Positions 13,700-27,934 of a stretch of DNA of 64,000 bases are shown here, one piece after another (positions within the stretch are counted from its first letter, which is position 1; every line of letters begins with the position of its first letter). Location: positions 41,145,769-41,209,768 of the forward strand of contig JAHRHZ010000021.1 of NCBI GenBank assembly GCA_024137785.1, in the 5' to 3' direction. The notes under the pieces are model-generated. The model worked only from the letters and a program-made list of their open reading frames with translations, did no database searches and was not told where the DNA came from. The DNA is from Ginglymostoma cirratum. Lineage: Eukaryota. The position numbers and the translations under genes were made by a program.

Positions 13700-15200
13700 A
13701 AATAAAAGTCAAATCAGTGAGCAGTTGAATATCAGATACTACATGGAGAAAAAGAAGCCTCCCTTTCAAAATGAATCCTATCGAATGTAGTGTTAAATGA
13801 AAGGAAAACTGCCTTGAATCTTTCAAAGGCAAATGCAAGACTTTCAGTGGTTGCTGGTAGTGTGGGAATGGTTTCCCTCCTGTTTGAAATGTTCGGAGAA
13901 TTGCCTCCGCCTCTGCCTTCCCAATCCCTCCCCATGAGAGAGAGAGAGAGAGAAACTGTAAGCATGATTGCTCGGTGCACACAGGCAGAACATTTTCAAT
14001 CTTATCAGTCTTATCAGGAAACAGCATGATTTCATCTCGCGTTCTCAGCCAGCTAACTGGGTACTTGATTGCCGATTTTGACTTGTTTCTTTCCTCATCT
14101 ACTCCCAGTGATCAATAAAATAAGCAAACAAAGGAAGAGCCAAGAGGGGATATACTCAGGTGAGGTTGTGGAATAACAGCTGTGTGAAGACAGATTGGCC
14201 CAAAAGAACAGACTTAAACAACTGCACTTGCAGGAGAGAGAGAGTGCACTGGCTCTAAGGGATTGGAAAGAACGAAATGTTGGGACTGGTTGCTCTTGCC
14301 TGACCCCCGACCCTACCATTGGTGCCAGCCTAGTCTGTGTCAGGTTGGAACTGCTAATGACAGCATTAAACGTCTGAGCTCAGCTGTAAGGGCTGTCCGT
14401 TTTCTTTTCCATCGCCTTTGATCTGAAGACGGACTAGAATGGATTAACAAGACCACTGGGGAGAACAGTCAATTAAAAAAAAACAGAAACATTAAAACAT
14501 ATTTCAAAGATTTATTGAGATTACATGCCGGACTGCAATAAACCAACTGCTCACAGGTACAGAAATTTTCTTTGTCTTTTATTGTTTCACAGTGCTGTAA
14601 AAGCTGTTCCTGTGCTAAATGCTAGAGATTGTTGCCATGGTGATTTGAGTATAGTTATCGGGTACCAAAGTTTATCCAAGTAAGACGCAGCATCTATCAA
14701 TAACGTTTACACCGCACGCACAATATTTATAGGACTTTGCCAACAGTTGAGGGGGAAAGGACGGAGAATCATTTGCTGTCATAATGCACAGTGCGTGCCT
14801 ACTTGAATTTACATTGTAATCCGAACCAAGGAACTGTTACTCTTGTTTGGAGATTTAGCTCAATCAGCGCTGTTTAACTGGTCTGATTTCTGCAAACGCT
14901 GCCTGGTATGATGCACAAATTGGACGAATTGTTGATTTCTGTCTTAAAGTATGCTTAAAATTTAGCCTGTAGTTTCCAACACAAAAAAAATCTATTTGTG
15001 ATGCTAACGTGGCTCCAATGGAATGACATTGCATTGTTTTTTTCTGTACAGACGCTTCTGTTAACTCCATTCTCTTTACAGGATCACAGTACCATTTGAA
15101 ACGCAATTAGACTAAAAGAACAGCAAAAATGCACAGCTATTTTGCGAAGAGGAGGGAAGATTGACGATTGCTTGTGTGTTAGTATATACAAGACTAGAGG
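13700..15200 (+). promoter_or_regulatory. Candidate promoter/first-exon region, tentative
   Basis: No recognisable TE and visibly more CpG dinucleotides than the surrounding unique DNA. ATG at 14525 is followed by a donor-like CAG|GTACAG at 14556/14557. Confidence 0.35.
13935..13953 (+). repeat. (GA)n microsatellite
   Basis: GAGAGAGAGAGAGAGAGA. Confidence 0.9.
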
Positions 15201-17464
15201 CAGCAGATAATTTATGTTAAGTGTGACTACTAAGTAGACAAAAGGTGTCAAACTGCTTTACCAGTAAAGGTTGTGGTGGGGGAGGGGGTGGTGGTGGCTG
15301 AGTGGATTGGGAAGTTGACGTTTGATTCACTTCAGTTATTTTTGTGCCCATTTTTGGGGCACCAGTGTGGTGCCAGCTTTGAAGGTTGCCCGCAGTGATT
15401 TAGCATTTCATATCTTGGGTGTTTGACAGAGTGTGAATACACTGAATACAAAGTGACACATTTGGAGAATACTTTCTTGTGGTAAATCATTCTCTATAAT
15501 ATCCATTTAATAGAAAGCTTCATTCTCTCAAAAAAAATGTTTACCTGAGACTAATTTGGAATCTCCTGTCAGTCATACCTGGTGACCTGCAAGCTACATT
15601 CCATGTCGTATCAAGACAGTCCTTATTGTGGACTGCTATTCATTACATTTTGTAGGGAGGAGGATATGAACAGTTGCTCTTGTGGAAACTGTCTAATTAT
15701 TCCTTTAAATACAGAAAATTCAAGCTAATTCTAAGCCTGGAGCTCTGGTAATCCAAGTAAACAATTGAAGACTTCAGATGATAGCCATACTTTCACGTGT
15801 CCAAACATTGCCACTGAAAATATAGCTTAATGGAATAAGTGAGCAAGGAAGCAGTTTACGGGAGACTGGTTGAGTAGTAAGAAGAGATTTTACAATTCTA
15901 AGACTGTACCCCATTGTTGATCCAAGATGCCATTAAAACTTGAAAGTTACTTCTTTTTTAAGGAATGCAGTTTATACATTACTCCTCACCCAGAAAGTTC
16001 CTGATTCAATCAATAATTCTACAAAATATATGCCAACTTATAATGTTCAAAGGCAAGTGTTATCATGTAATGACAAACAATCCAAATACTTTAAAGCTAA
16101 ACATTTGTTGCAGCATTATTACATTAGCAATTGTGTTTTTCCAATCCTTGTAGTATTTTAGTTAATTAGACTCGAAAGTCAAAGTGAATAGAAATATCAC
16201 ATTTGCAAATATTTAGTTGTATTTAAGTTTTATCCAATACAGCTAACCTGTAGCCATTATAATAATACCCTGTAATTCTGAACTCAGGATATCACAAAAT
16301 GTCTTCCTTAAATCCGTAAGCAGCAACCAAACAATGAGCTAATCAGTTTACACTGAATGAGCACAGATTAGATACTGATAGTTACAATTCGTCAATGTGT
16401 ATATTGTAAAATTCAGAAACATTTCTGCTTTTTGTAACTCTCAGTGCACACCAGATGAAAAGAAACAACTCACTACTGTCTAGTACTGAAAGGCTTAAAT
16501 GTGTTTGAATTATAATTACTCTCTCATAACAAAGTTCACCTTTTTTATTGCTTTCCATAATTTGTATTTTATTCATGACTACTGTATCTGCTGTATACCA
16601 GTAGGTTATGAAATTGCTACAATTGACCAATCTCAGAAACTAAAACAAGGCTGATTGGTAACAAAAAGCAGTGGCTAACTTTTCTGTGATGGAAACATTG
16701 CCTTATCGAAGTGGTTCTTAAATGTTCACACCCACATGTCACTTGGATGGAACAAAAGACCCTACGCATCACTTCACCCTCTTTCTCTTGTTGCCAGCAA
16801 ATAACCCACTAGGATTAATGGGAAAATGCTGATGCTGTTGATGAGACATCAGTGAGGTGATGTCTGGCTCCGAGCTGAAGAGCTTCAGTCTCACATTGGA
16901 CTCGATGTTCAGCCAATTCCACTTTGTTGTTTTCTGGCTCCTAAGTGTTGATGATTCAATGGTGGCTTATATGTTCATTGTACGCCAGGTTCCTCAGAGC
17001 TGGGTCATGGAGCCTCAAATATTTGGAATACTTGGTGCGAAGACCTTTAAACTTTTGTCACTAAATACCAACATTAGTCACTTCAATTTTGGACCAGACA
17101 GTGGGCACCTTTGCAGAACACCAGCAGTCTGCAGGCTACCTTTTGAGAACCACTGCCCTACAAAAAGTACATTGCCTGTACAAGTGGGGGTGGGAAATCT
17201 CTGAATTAAAATTACACTGCCATGATATCAGGATCTTTCACTGTTAGCAGCTAAATTTTTGGAAGCAATATTTTTCTACAACTGCAAGATCCAAGTAATG
17301 GTGAAAGAGCTAGGTCAGAAGTTTCCTTGGAGCTGCCTGTGCCATGAAAACAAAACATGGTGGAAATTCCATTTATGGGCATAAGCAGAGATTTTCCACA
17401 CTTCCAGTGAAGTCATGCCAGCCGAGTGGAAATATTCCTGTCTGGTACTGCTGCATTGACATCA

Positions 17465-18830
17465 ATCTGCTAATGTGGAAGATTGCCCAGATATGTCCTG
17501 TTCACAAATAGCAGGACAAATCTAACCTAGCCAATTACCACCCTATCAGTCTATTCTCAATCATAAGCAAATAGATGGAAAGTGTCATCAATAGTACTAA
17601 GAAGTGGCACTTGATCATTGACAACCTGCTCACTGATGCTCAGTCTGCGTTCTGTCAAGGCCACTCAACTCCTGACTTTATTATATCCGTGGTACTAATA
17701 TGAACAACAATTTGAATTCCAGAGGTAAAGTGAAAATGACTTCTCTTGACATCAAAGCAGCATTTGACCAAGTGTGACATTAGGATCTCTAACAAAACTG
17801 AAGTTTATGGGAATCTGGTGGAAAACTCTCCACTGAATTAAGTCATAACAGTACAAAGGAAGATGGCTGTCAGAGGTCAGTTATCCCAGCCCCAGGACAC
17901 CGCTGCAAGCATTCTTCAGTGTGGTGCCCTGATCCCAGCCATCTTCAGCTGCTTCATCAATGACCTTCCCTCCAGCATATGGTCAGAGTGGAAATGTTCA
18001 CTGATGATTGCACCATGTCCAGCACTAATCCTGTCTCTTCATGTACTGAATCAGGCCATGTGCAATTGCAGCAAGACCAGGACAATACCTAGGCTCAGGT
18101 TGATATGTAACAAGCAATGTTTGTCCTACACAAGTGCCAGGCAATGACCCAGAGGGAATCTAACTACCATGCCTTTCTGTTCAATAGCATTACAACTGCT
18201 ATATTCCCTGATATCACATCCTTGAGGTTATCACTGACCAGGAACTCAACTGAACCACCCATATAAATATAAATACTCTTGCTACAAGAACAGTGAAAGG
18301 CTAGAAATTTTGCACTGAGTGACCTTGACTCCCAGTGCCTGTCTGCCATTTTTAAGACATCAGTCATGAGTGTGATGGAATACTCTCCATTTTCAGGGGT
18401 GGCTCAAAAAAGTTCACACTATCCATGTCAAAGCTGTCAAAATTGTTTGAGCTCTATCTATCACCTCCCACATTCATTCCCTCACCACCAATGCAGCGTG
18501 TCCCATTGACAAGATGCAATGCGATACGCTCCTTAGACAACACTTTCTGAACTCATGATCAACAACCTAGGAGAACAGGTCTGCTGATGCATGGGTACAC
18601 TACCATCTGCAAGTTCCCCTCCAAGCTACAGAGCATTTTGAATTGGACCTATCCTGTTGCTAGGTCACAATTCTGGAACTCCTTCCCTAACAGCAATGTG
18701 AGTGTACCTACACCCCAAGAACAGCATTCTTTCAAGAAAGTAGTTTAGCGTCTCTCAAAGGCTATTAGGGATGGGGACAATAAATGCTGGCTTAGTCAGC
18801 GATACTCAGTTCCCATGGATGAATTTTAAA
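17465..18830 (+). mobile_element. Degenerate CR1-group LINE 3' part (RT remnant plus 3' tail)
   Basis: Translates with stops as WKIAQICPVHK*QDKSNLANYHPISLFSIISK; also LDIKAAFDQV and FSCFINDLPS. Ends in the tail ATTAGGGATGGGGACAATAAATGCTGGC shared with the tRNA-SINEs at 25660, 49313 and 59213. Confidence 0.8.
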
Positions 18831-20764
18831 ATGTCCTGAGGAATCTCTGGGCTGCACTTGAGAAAGACGAGTGAAATGTATTTTAATTCCAAAATGAAGT
18901 GATAGAGGAAAGGAAATAAGATTGATTGATTGCTGGCAGAACTTAGCACAAATTAAGTAGTAGTGGCATGAGTGACTAGAACAAGTTCAATAAGTTAGAA
19001 CCAAGAAATGCAGACTCAGAGATTGTGAAGTAAGAGAAGGATTATCAAGATAGTATAATACGTTTTTCATCCATTTTGTTCAGGCCATGGGTATGAATTT
19101 GCTTGGTATCATGGTATTCCAATAATATGAAAATTCACTGTTATTTTATCAAGAGCCAAAAGCAAGAATCTAGATTGGTTGATTTATTGTATTGGAATGC
19201 TAATAAGTTGGAAAAGGAGGATCATTGTGTTCACTCTCAAACACTTTACGATATTGTAATGGAATGGTTCCCTGGTTACTCTTAAATTGACAGCTTTGCA
19301 ATGAGCTATTTATCACAGTTCGGTTTCTTCAGTTCTGGAGTTTTGCAATAATGAAAACGCTGCTGCATGTTGATCAGTTGAAATAGAAAGTCACCGAGAA
19401 ACACTGTCTTCCTTCAGAAAATATAATTTTCATTCAATGTTGATGAACTATTCCAGTTTAATTAAATGCTGGAATATATTGCTTACCCACTGCTTTAAGA
19501 ATTGAGCCCTCGGTTGCCATTACCTAGACTCTGTTGTTTTAAAGAATTGCCTTATCTCCCTTTATAGCAAGAGGGGAAAATAACTATGACATGGATGAGA
19601 ATAACAAGCTTCTTTTAAGGCAGCTTTGTTGCTGTGAATACACATGTTGATGGTGGAAATTCATAGCACGAAATGGTGGCACGTTCATATAACGTGCTAT
19701 CTACTAAGATAGTTAGGAATCTTTTAAACAATTTCCAAAGTAAATCAGCCGATATATTTATATTCCATATTGCACAGTTTAGAACAAACTTTGATCGAAA
19801 GTTGAAACTCTGAATAAAGTAGTTGGATATGTTTTTCTTTTTAACAGTGTTATAAGGTGCTGCCTTTTTGAGAAAAACAATTTTTCAGTTCATTTACAGA
19901 GAAGTGACTGACATTGATTTTATCATTGTGCCTCTTGCCAGTGGTCTCACCATGCCAGAAATTATGCATGGCTCATTTTTCTCTTTTACTTCAGCAATCA
20001 AAAAAGAACTGAAAACAGAATGGAATAACCTACCATGAAGATATAATTACTGAAAGCCACTTTTTTAATCATAAAAGAAGAGGCTTTGAAATAACAAGGT
20101 ACTGACTAGACAAAGATTCCAAAGTAATAATGCACTGTAATTGGTTCTGTTGTATCTACTTGGCTTTTTGGCTCTCTGGCGCATCCTTTCAGCCCCATCC
20201 CAGCTCTGTACCTTCCCATCTGATTACAAACCCTTTCGCCACCAAATTCACCACACAGGAGGGTATTAACTTCTGCCCTTACAACCATTACTGGATTGCT
20301 CTTCCATTTCTTCCTGTGGCTGGTTTCAGAGTGATAATAACAGAAGTCTGAAGTGTGTTAAATTGCATTCCCTCTCCTCCATATCTTATCCAAAGGAACA
20401 AGTTCAAGTCGGAAAAAGAATAAAGATGATTTGAAAACAAAACTTCACAAAAAAACCATGTTTTTACTTCCAACCTCACACCATCTAGTATATTTGGCTG
20501 AGCAAATGAAGGATTGATCCCAGATTGAAAGAGTTTTTGTTTCAAAGTGTTTGTTGAACATTTTCTCATTTGAAAATGTGAAGCAAAGTAATTTAAATGC
20601 TATTGAAGTACACCATGGTGTCATAAACAAAGATATTAATTGGAGTGAGAATGATGTGTAGCTTTTCCAGCTTGTTTTCTTTCCCAGAAAAAAAAAGAGC
20701 TTGCTAAACATTTTCCAAAAGTAAAGTTAAAAGAAGTATAAAAATAACAGGTATGAAAAGTAAG

Positions 20765-21182
20765 GGTTGCATATAGTGTCTTTCATGACCAAAAGACACC
20801 TCAAAACGATTCAAAGCCTATGACACACTTTTGTAATGTAGAGACTGATGTAATATAAGAAACATAGCAACCACATTGTGCTCAAAAAGCTTCCAAAAAC
20901 AGCAGTAGGGGAATGACTAGATATTTGTCCCTGTGTTGATCGAGTGATAATGACCAAAACACCTCGGATAACTCCTTACTGCCCTTTGAAGAAGCACCTT
21001 AGGAACTTTTACATTTCCCCGCTCAGGCAGATGAGATCTTGGTTTAAGATTTGATCTGAAAGACAGCACCTCAGAGTGCAGCATCTCCTCAGTACTACGC
21101 TGTATTGATAGCCTTGATTTTTGTGCACTTGAAACCAGATTTTCCTGATTCAGAGGCAAGGGTGCTATCAACTGACCCATAG
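20765..21182 (-). mobile_element. DeuSINE-type SINE
   Basis: GGTTTAAGATTTGATCTGAAAGACAGCACCTCAGAGTGCAGCATCTCCTCAGTACTAC Deu-domain-like core. Homologous to the 5925 copy. Confidence 0.75.
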
Positions 21183-22544
21183 CTTACATTTAGTAGGGAA
21201 GAAAATCTCTGGACAATTCTCTCTGACATCCTCCAAATCTCCCCCTCAAAAGCACAGTCCAGAATACTATAAGTGCCACGTGTTATCAGTGAATTCATTT
21301 ACCTGCTATCTGATCTGATCTCTGCTCTGGTCAAGAGCCCTATCCAGCTCCCTAGTAAAAGCAGGCTGAGAACTGACACTACATTCTACACACAAATGGC
21401 AAAATGAGACAAGTTCTCATGGAATGGAATAGTGCACATACAACCTCCCTGAGGCATCACTTATTCTACAATCAACATCACAGTATGAAAGAGTTAAAAA
21501 CTAATTTTTTTAAAAGAAGCGGTATGCTAATGAATGTCTCAGTTTTTAAATATGCAATCAGTTTGAACCAGACAAACCAGCTCCGATTGCTTTTTAATGC
21601 TTTTGGCCAAGATTACTGTGTTTGTGGGACTGCTATTGCCTCTGGATCCCTAAGTTAGGAAAGGAGATTTAAAGAAAACTGATTAGTATTTCCTTTCCTG
21701 ATTACTAGTGATCCTAACTTGGAAGTGTACGCTTGTGAACATTAGCAAAGGCAGATTTAAACTTAACTGTGCCACCATTCAAAGTTGGCATAGTCAAAAG
21801 TGAGGGAACAAAAAGGAACATCAGACAGTTATGATTGTTTTTATACAGGCCGTCGAGTCAGACTATAATAATAGAGAGCTATTCCAGTTATGATCCTATA
21901 ATAATAATTTTCTTCAGACTGTTGCCAGGTACTAGATATATCTTTTCTTTTTATCTTTCACCATAGATGTCAGTCATTATGTTGATATATCTCTGATGCC
22001 AGAAGGATGACAAATGGTATTATTACTGCTGTTTTGCAACATGAGCAGGAACTGTTAACAAGTAGCCTTGAATCATCAGTATGCAGCAAGTAGGTCTGTG
22101 GTATTTAGCCAGACCTATTTCTGGGTCATATACACAAGCACACGTAAGTGAGGAAGATTTGAGTTTCTGTTAAAAAAGAGATCCTTTTTCCCTGTCAGAT
22201 TTATCATTGAAATTGTCAAAGGACTTAAATAAAAATGTTAAATGCATAGTATTTACAAAGTAAGGCCCAGATCAGAAGCCATAAGGAGGAATTTAAAAAA
22301 AAGTCAGAAGAGTTGTGTCAATCAAATGTGTAGATTGTTTAAAATGTGGGTTAAAAGCAAAATTGTCAGAGATCACCATAAGCTACACATATCCATGTTA
22401 TTATAGAACCCAGCAGAAGTCTTGAGAAAGAGCATGTAGCAATGGGCTTAACAATTTAGCAAACCCCAAAGAACATCAGCATCAAGCTGGTGAAGAGTAG
22501 GACATGCAGATCTCGATATAGTTTTATAGAAGTTAATGATAAGC

Positions 22545-23660
22545 AACAATGACAACATTCATTTATAAATATGGGCAACAGTCTGAAAGCATGTCATAAA
22601 AGAGTAATAAAGATGAACTAGAGGTTTAGCCATTGATAGAGATATAGGAAGGGGGAACAAATTCTTAATCTCACAGATGTGTCATAAATGAGCTATTAAA
22701 GCAGAAATGGAGATGGAAAAGTGAAGCAATTTATGGAAAGAATTCTAAAGCATGAGGCCTTCAAGGATGAAGATATGACCGCAAACATTACTGCAAAGGG
22801 AGTGGGGATGCTCAAAGGACCAGAATTTAATGAAAAATTAGATTCAAAGGTATTATGGAGTTGGAGGAAGGTATGGAGAAAGGTATAAGCTACAAAAGCA
22901 ATTCAAATACAAGGTCGAGAAGTCAAATCTGTGACATTAGGAACTCAGAATCGATATTGTTCAGTTAGATATGAGGGGATGATAGAGAATTAATGATTGG
23001 TATTTGATACAGGATAGAGTTTTAGATAAGTCGAAATTTGCAGAGATTAGTGAGTACGAGTTTGGTCAAGAGATTATTGGAATGGTCAAGAAGGAATGTC
23101 AAAGAAATGGATTAATGTTTTGTCAAAACATTTGCTGTATCGGGATACTGGGGTGATTGTTTCATGGGTGGAAGAAGGTGGTGGTTATAATGTAGAAGAT
23201 AGCTTGGAGCTGAATATGATGCTGAAGTTAAGAACAGCTTGGTTCATCTTAAAACAATGGCTAGGGAAGGGAATTGAATCTGTCACAGGGATGCAGGATT
23301 TGTAGCAGACAGCTAAAACAAGATTTTGATTTGCCTAATCTTCACAAATTCTTGTACAAAAGTACATTAGACAAACAGTCTGACTACACAGAGACAATCT
23401 GCAGATACTGTCATTGAGAGCCGGTTCATAGGTAAGAAAGTTGAGGATAATTCTTGGAGGTGCTCCAAAGAAAAATGAGTGAAGGTGGGACGGGGTTAAA
23501 CCATGAGATAGACCCAAGGCAGGGTCATTCTGACTGAGTTGGACAATAGAAGCGAAGTGTTGGCAGGAGAAAGTTATGGTCAGATATGTCAAAGGCTGTA
23601 GAGCGGTTAAGAGCTAATGGTCCACACTCACAGTCAAAGAGACCATTCTAGATTATGGTT
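22545..23660 (-). mobile_element. Highly degenerate L2-like LINE fragment
   Basis: Purine-rich plus strand resembling the antisense of an L2 3' region (GAATTCTAAAGCATGAGGCCT...GAAG; TGAATATGATGCTGAAGTT). Recognition from memory only. Confidence 0.45.
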
Positions 23661-25659
23661 ATATTCATTGCTGTCTCCTGGAAGGGTCAAAAATCTGATG
23701 TTTTGATGTTGAAAGATAGGGCAGGAATGTCCTCTCCCTGAATGTGGCAAGAGATGTGGAGAGAAGGGAAAATAATTGGGTGAGTTGACCCTGTAGAGCT
23801 AGTCACCCCATTCTCACCATTTGCAAGGCTGTTGGGGATGGGGCATCCAATTTCCCAAATCTGTGGAAAATCAGGGGCACAGATGAGGGGCAAAGGGCAG
23901 TCTCTGAAAGTCACCAATTGCTGCCCCTTACTTCCAATCTCCCTGACTCCCCCCTCCCCATGACAAGTATAGACATGGGCAAACAGTCTTTAGGACCCAA
24001 GGGTTGGGCAAACAGGGGAACAAGTGTCAAGGCCAGCGATAGACTTGCTCACATGTATCTGTCAGCTCCTGGTGATGGGTTAAGTTTTCTCGATGGTGGG
24101 GGCGATGTGTGAGTCACCACCTTGTGTATTCACAATTGCACTTTAAAAAAAATGGGAAGACGCACTCACAGATTTGGGACCGGTAATATGTTCAAGGAGG
24201 TCAGAGAGGAAACAGAAGTTGGAGATGTGGAAATAATTTGCTGCGACTTTGAATAAGAAAGGTCAGTAACTACAGTTTTGGAAGAGAGAGGGAGAGTCAA
24301 GAGTGAAGATGACCAACTGCAAGAGGGCATTCTAGATCTGTATTGGTTCTTTGGCTCTGGAAAGAGTGGCAAAGGGTGGAACTGCCACTAATGCTGATGA
24401 TTGAATGGAAATAGAAGTCTTGCATCTTCCTATACTCTTTGTCTCAACACTGCTGTGAAGTTCTTCACTGGAGTTGACAGACACTGCTTTATTATTTCAT
24501 GGTGGCGCTTGAACTTTTGGTCAATGGGCCATGCAGAAGAAGAGGATAATGAGTTTCAGTTCATTGTCTGCCTCTTCATGAAGTTACAATGGCTTGACAC
24601 CTGGACTGTTCACATTTGAATCCGTTTTTTCTCTGCCCCGGTCAGGCTTTTTTTGCTTTTACAATAACTTCATCCTGAATGTCACACACAGGTACCAGCT
24701 GTCATGAGGAACAGAAATTCCACTGCAGCAATGTTTTCACCTTCTGACTTAATCCTAAGGGAGCACATATGTCCTATATGTCTGCCGAGGGAGCCGAGAA
24801 TGCTGTTGGAGATTAGCCCCTTGGTTGGTGGGAGTGGAAGAGAAACTTGAGTTGAAGAGAAATTGTATGTAATTTATAAGATTATTGGTTATTGGAAAAG
24901 TAAACTGAGAGTAGGAAGTGGAGAAAGACGTTGACGAAAGGATTAACTATAATTTTACACTAATATTAACTGCTGGGCTTGTACATGGGGAGCTATCTCC
25001 TGATGATGTCAGATCACATGGAACTGGGAGCTGAGTGTGCAGGTTTGCAGAGATCCCTCTCTTATCACTGACTAAAGATTGCTGTTATTCATTGATATGG
25101 GTATGACCTTCTATCAGAAACCCAGACCTGACCATAGTGTACTATCTTAACTTGTGATCAGAAATGATTGATTCCTTCATGAAACTTACACTATGGGGTC
25201 TGATTTTAACTGTGTTAGTAAGTGAGTTTTGAGTGATATGAGGTACTCCATGAATAGTTGAGGTTTGCGGATTACAATGTGTCACAGCCAGATTCCCGGC
25301 AAAGTATCCCAATTTATTATGGTTCCAGACAGGATACCCCAAAACCATTAAACTCCTGGGAGAGCAGGGAAGAACTGGCTCCCTATTGCAACAAGGTTAA
25401 TGCAAAAAGCATCTCTTCCCTTGCGAAAACCTTCCCCCTAGTCAAAATGAAATTGTATTTTAAAAGGACCCAATTTAAAAAGACTTTCTAGAATTGACAA
25501 AAAGCAAGTTTATTGATTAATAAACAGAAGAGAAATTAATAATGCAACACACATGCACACAGATCAAAAATAAGAGATGATACCAAAAAGTTAAACATTT
25601 AAAAGCACAAGTATATGGATCAGTCTCTGAATCATTGATGAAAAGTGGATAGCTGAATG

Positions 25660-26085
25660 AGGAGACGATGGTCTAGTGGAATGATTGCTATATTGGACTA
25701 TTATCCAGAACTCAGCTAACGTTAAGAATCTACTGATAACAATGAAATCATTGTCAATTGTTGGAGAAACCCATCTGTCTCATTAATATCCTTTAGGGAC
25801 GGATATCTGACAAACTTCACGTGTGTCTCCAGACACACAGCAATGTGTTTGATTCTCAACTGCCCTCTGAAATGGTCCAGCAAACCACTCAGTTGTATCA
25901 ACCACTATGAAGACTCAAATAAGAAATGAAACCCAACAGGCCACCTGGCATTGACCTTGGCAGCGGAAAAGACAACAGCAGAAGCAGCCTTGTCAACCTT
26001 GTAGCTGTTCAAGAAGGGAGCTCACCAACAGCTTCTCAATGGCTACTAGGGACTGGCTATAAATGCTAGACAGCCAGCCCCCATG
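25660..26085 (+). mobile_element. tRNA-headed SINE, long variant
   Basis: Head GGAGACGATGGTCTAGTGG..., shared body, an extra internal segment of about 130 bp, then the CR1-like LINE tail. Confidence 0.75.
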
Positions 26086-26089
26086 ATTC

Positions 26090-26280
26090 GTCCTACATTT
26101 TATGTACAGGACATACATAGGCAATTTTACACATTGTTGGGTAGATGCCGGTATTTTAATTGTACTGAAAGTGCTAGGCTAGGGGAGCGGCATGTTCTGG
26201 AGCACAAGTCTTCAGTACTATGGCTGGAATGTCGACAGGGCCTATAGCCTTTGCACTACCCAGTGTCTCCAACTGTTGTT
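26090..26280 (-). mobile_element. CR1-group LINE RT fragment
   Basis: Minus strand AAAGGCTATAGGCCCTGTCGACATTCCAGCCATAGTACTGAAGACTTGTGCTCCAGAAC translates KAIGPVDIPAIVLKTCAPE (K(S/A)PGPDGI-type motif). Confidence 0.65.
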
Positions 26281-26343
26281 TGGTACAGCCCTTCAAAAAG
26301 ATAACTTGACCATCTAAAACTCCAGGCCAATATGTATTTCTAA

Positions 26344-26460
26344 ATAAAAACCGAAAGAACTGCGGATGCTGTTAATCAGGAACAAAAACAAAAGTTGTTA
26401 GAAAAGCTCAGCAGGTCAGATGCTGCCAGACCTGCTGAGCTTTTCTAGCAACTTTGTTTT
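26344..26460. mobile_element. Short fold-back Penelope-like 3'-end insertion (family B)
   Basis: Near-perfect stem of about 35 bp: CAAAAACAAAAGTTGTTAGAAAAGCTCAGCAGGTC / GACCTGCTGAGCTTTTCTAGCAACTTTGTTTTTG. TSD-like TGTATTTCTAA (26333-26343) / TGCATTTCTAA (26461-26471). Confidence 0.8.
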
Positions 26461-27934
26461 TGCATTTCTAATTGCTCTGCTTGTCACATCCATTCCCAAA
26501 TACACAAGTTAGGCTAACTGGCCTATATATATATCTGTTTTCATCACTTTCCCTGTTTGACTAAGAGGGTTACTTTGGCAGGTTTCCAATCCTCTGGCAT
26601 TTTTCAAGAAATTGGCTTTTTTAACCCTTGTCCTTGTGCATTCTTCAAAGGGAAGTCCACAAAACGTACCTGCAGTTTGGGACATAATCCATAGAGGTGA
26701 CTTGCTTTTGAACAGACTTTGGTTGGCACTTCATTATCTTTGTAGTCACAAGAGATCACAGTCCAGTTTGTTTGAATTTTTTTTGAGACCTTTAGGTATT
26801 ACACCCTCTTGTTTTACACCTGCAGGTATTTTGTCTCTGTAACAATCCTCTCATTTTGGACCCAAAGATATTTTAAATACACGTGGTATTTTAAAGTTCT
26901 GACCCTTTATAACAAATGAAATGTTGGAAAAGTGAGATATCCTGTCTCATATCAGGGAGGAAACAGAGATATTTGGACCAGCTCATTATTCATTTTGCTT
27001 CAGTTTTCCTGTGGAGTTCTAGAGAGCATTAATCATGATTCTGACAAAGTCCCATTATTCAGAAATTCCTACCTCAAGAGGCCAAGGTATGGAAATACAT
27101 ATCTTTTACATACCAAATGTAGAAATCTCCTTAGATGATCTTTGGATGTTTCTTTTCTGTCTTCTGTCACAATTCAGGAATAAAGACATCACGTTTGTCA
27201 TTAGGGATAACAAGCCTTGCTGATAACTTACATGGAAGTCCCAGACCATGAACCATGGTACTGGATGTAATTAATTTAATTTAGTTTAATTGTACTGTTC
27301 TTGCTGTTTATGTTGCTTGATATTTGTTTTCACAGTAAGAGACCTAACGAATAAAAGTTCTTTTTTAAACAAACAACAACCAATTTGGTCATAGTTAATT
27401 TATGTGCTGGCTTGATATTTATAAATGTATGAGTGCAGTTTATCACATGCAGATGGGGAACATATGTGTAAACTGCTGGTCACCAAATTCATGACATTTC
27501 TGTATACAACATTCCCTCGGCATGGTTCTAAATATGATAACGGCCTACAACAATTATTTTCAGTGAACTTGGTCTTTAAGACATATTTACAATGTTCTTG
27601 CAATGGCTCAGTTGTGACTCAGCCAGACATCAGGAGGTAATACACCAGGAAGTCCCAGTATTCAAACCCTGTCTTGTGCTGAGTTGATTGATTTAACATA
27701 GTGGTGTTGACAATATAATTAGCTCTAATAACCCTGCCAAATCTGTTTGAGAATGCTCTGTGAAGCACACTGGGACATTTTCACTGGCACTAAAGATGCT
27801 ATATATATGCAAGTTGTTGTTGCTGATATTGTCAGAAAAGGAGCACCCAGCCAACATTTCTGATAGGAATCTTGTGATGCCAGTTGGAAAGGCCATTTGT
27901 GTTTTGTTTTAAGTTCATTTGTTGGGCCTGTACT

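Noticed and set aside
19995-20098. Exon candidate downstream of the 14556 donor (strong acceptor at 19994)
   Set aside because: Stop codons in all three frames, so it cannot be supported as coding.
25279-26914. Solo LTR (TG...CA ends, antisense AATAAA); similar impressions at about 1128-2135 and 57730-58560
   Set aside because: No second LTR, primer-binding site, internal ORF or clear TSD could be verified by eye.
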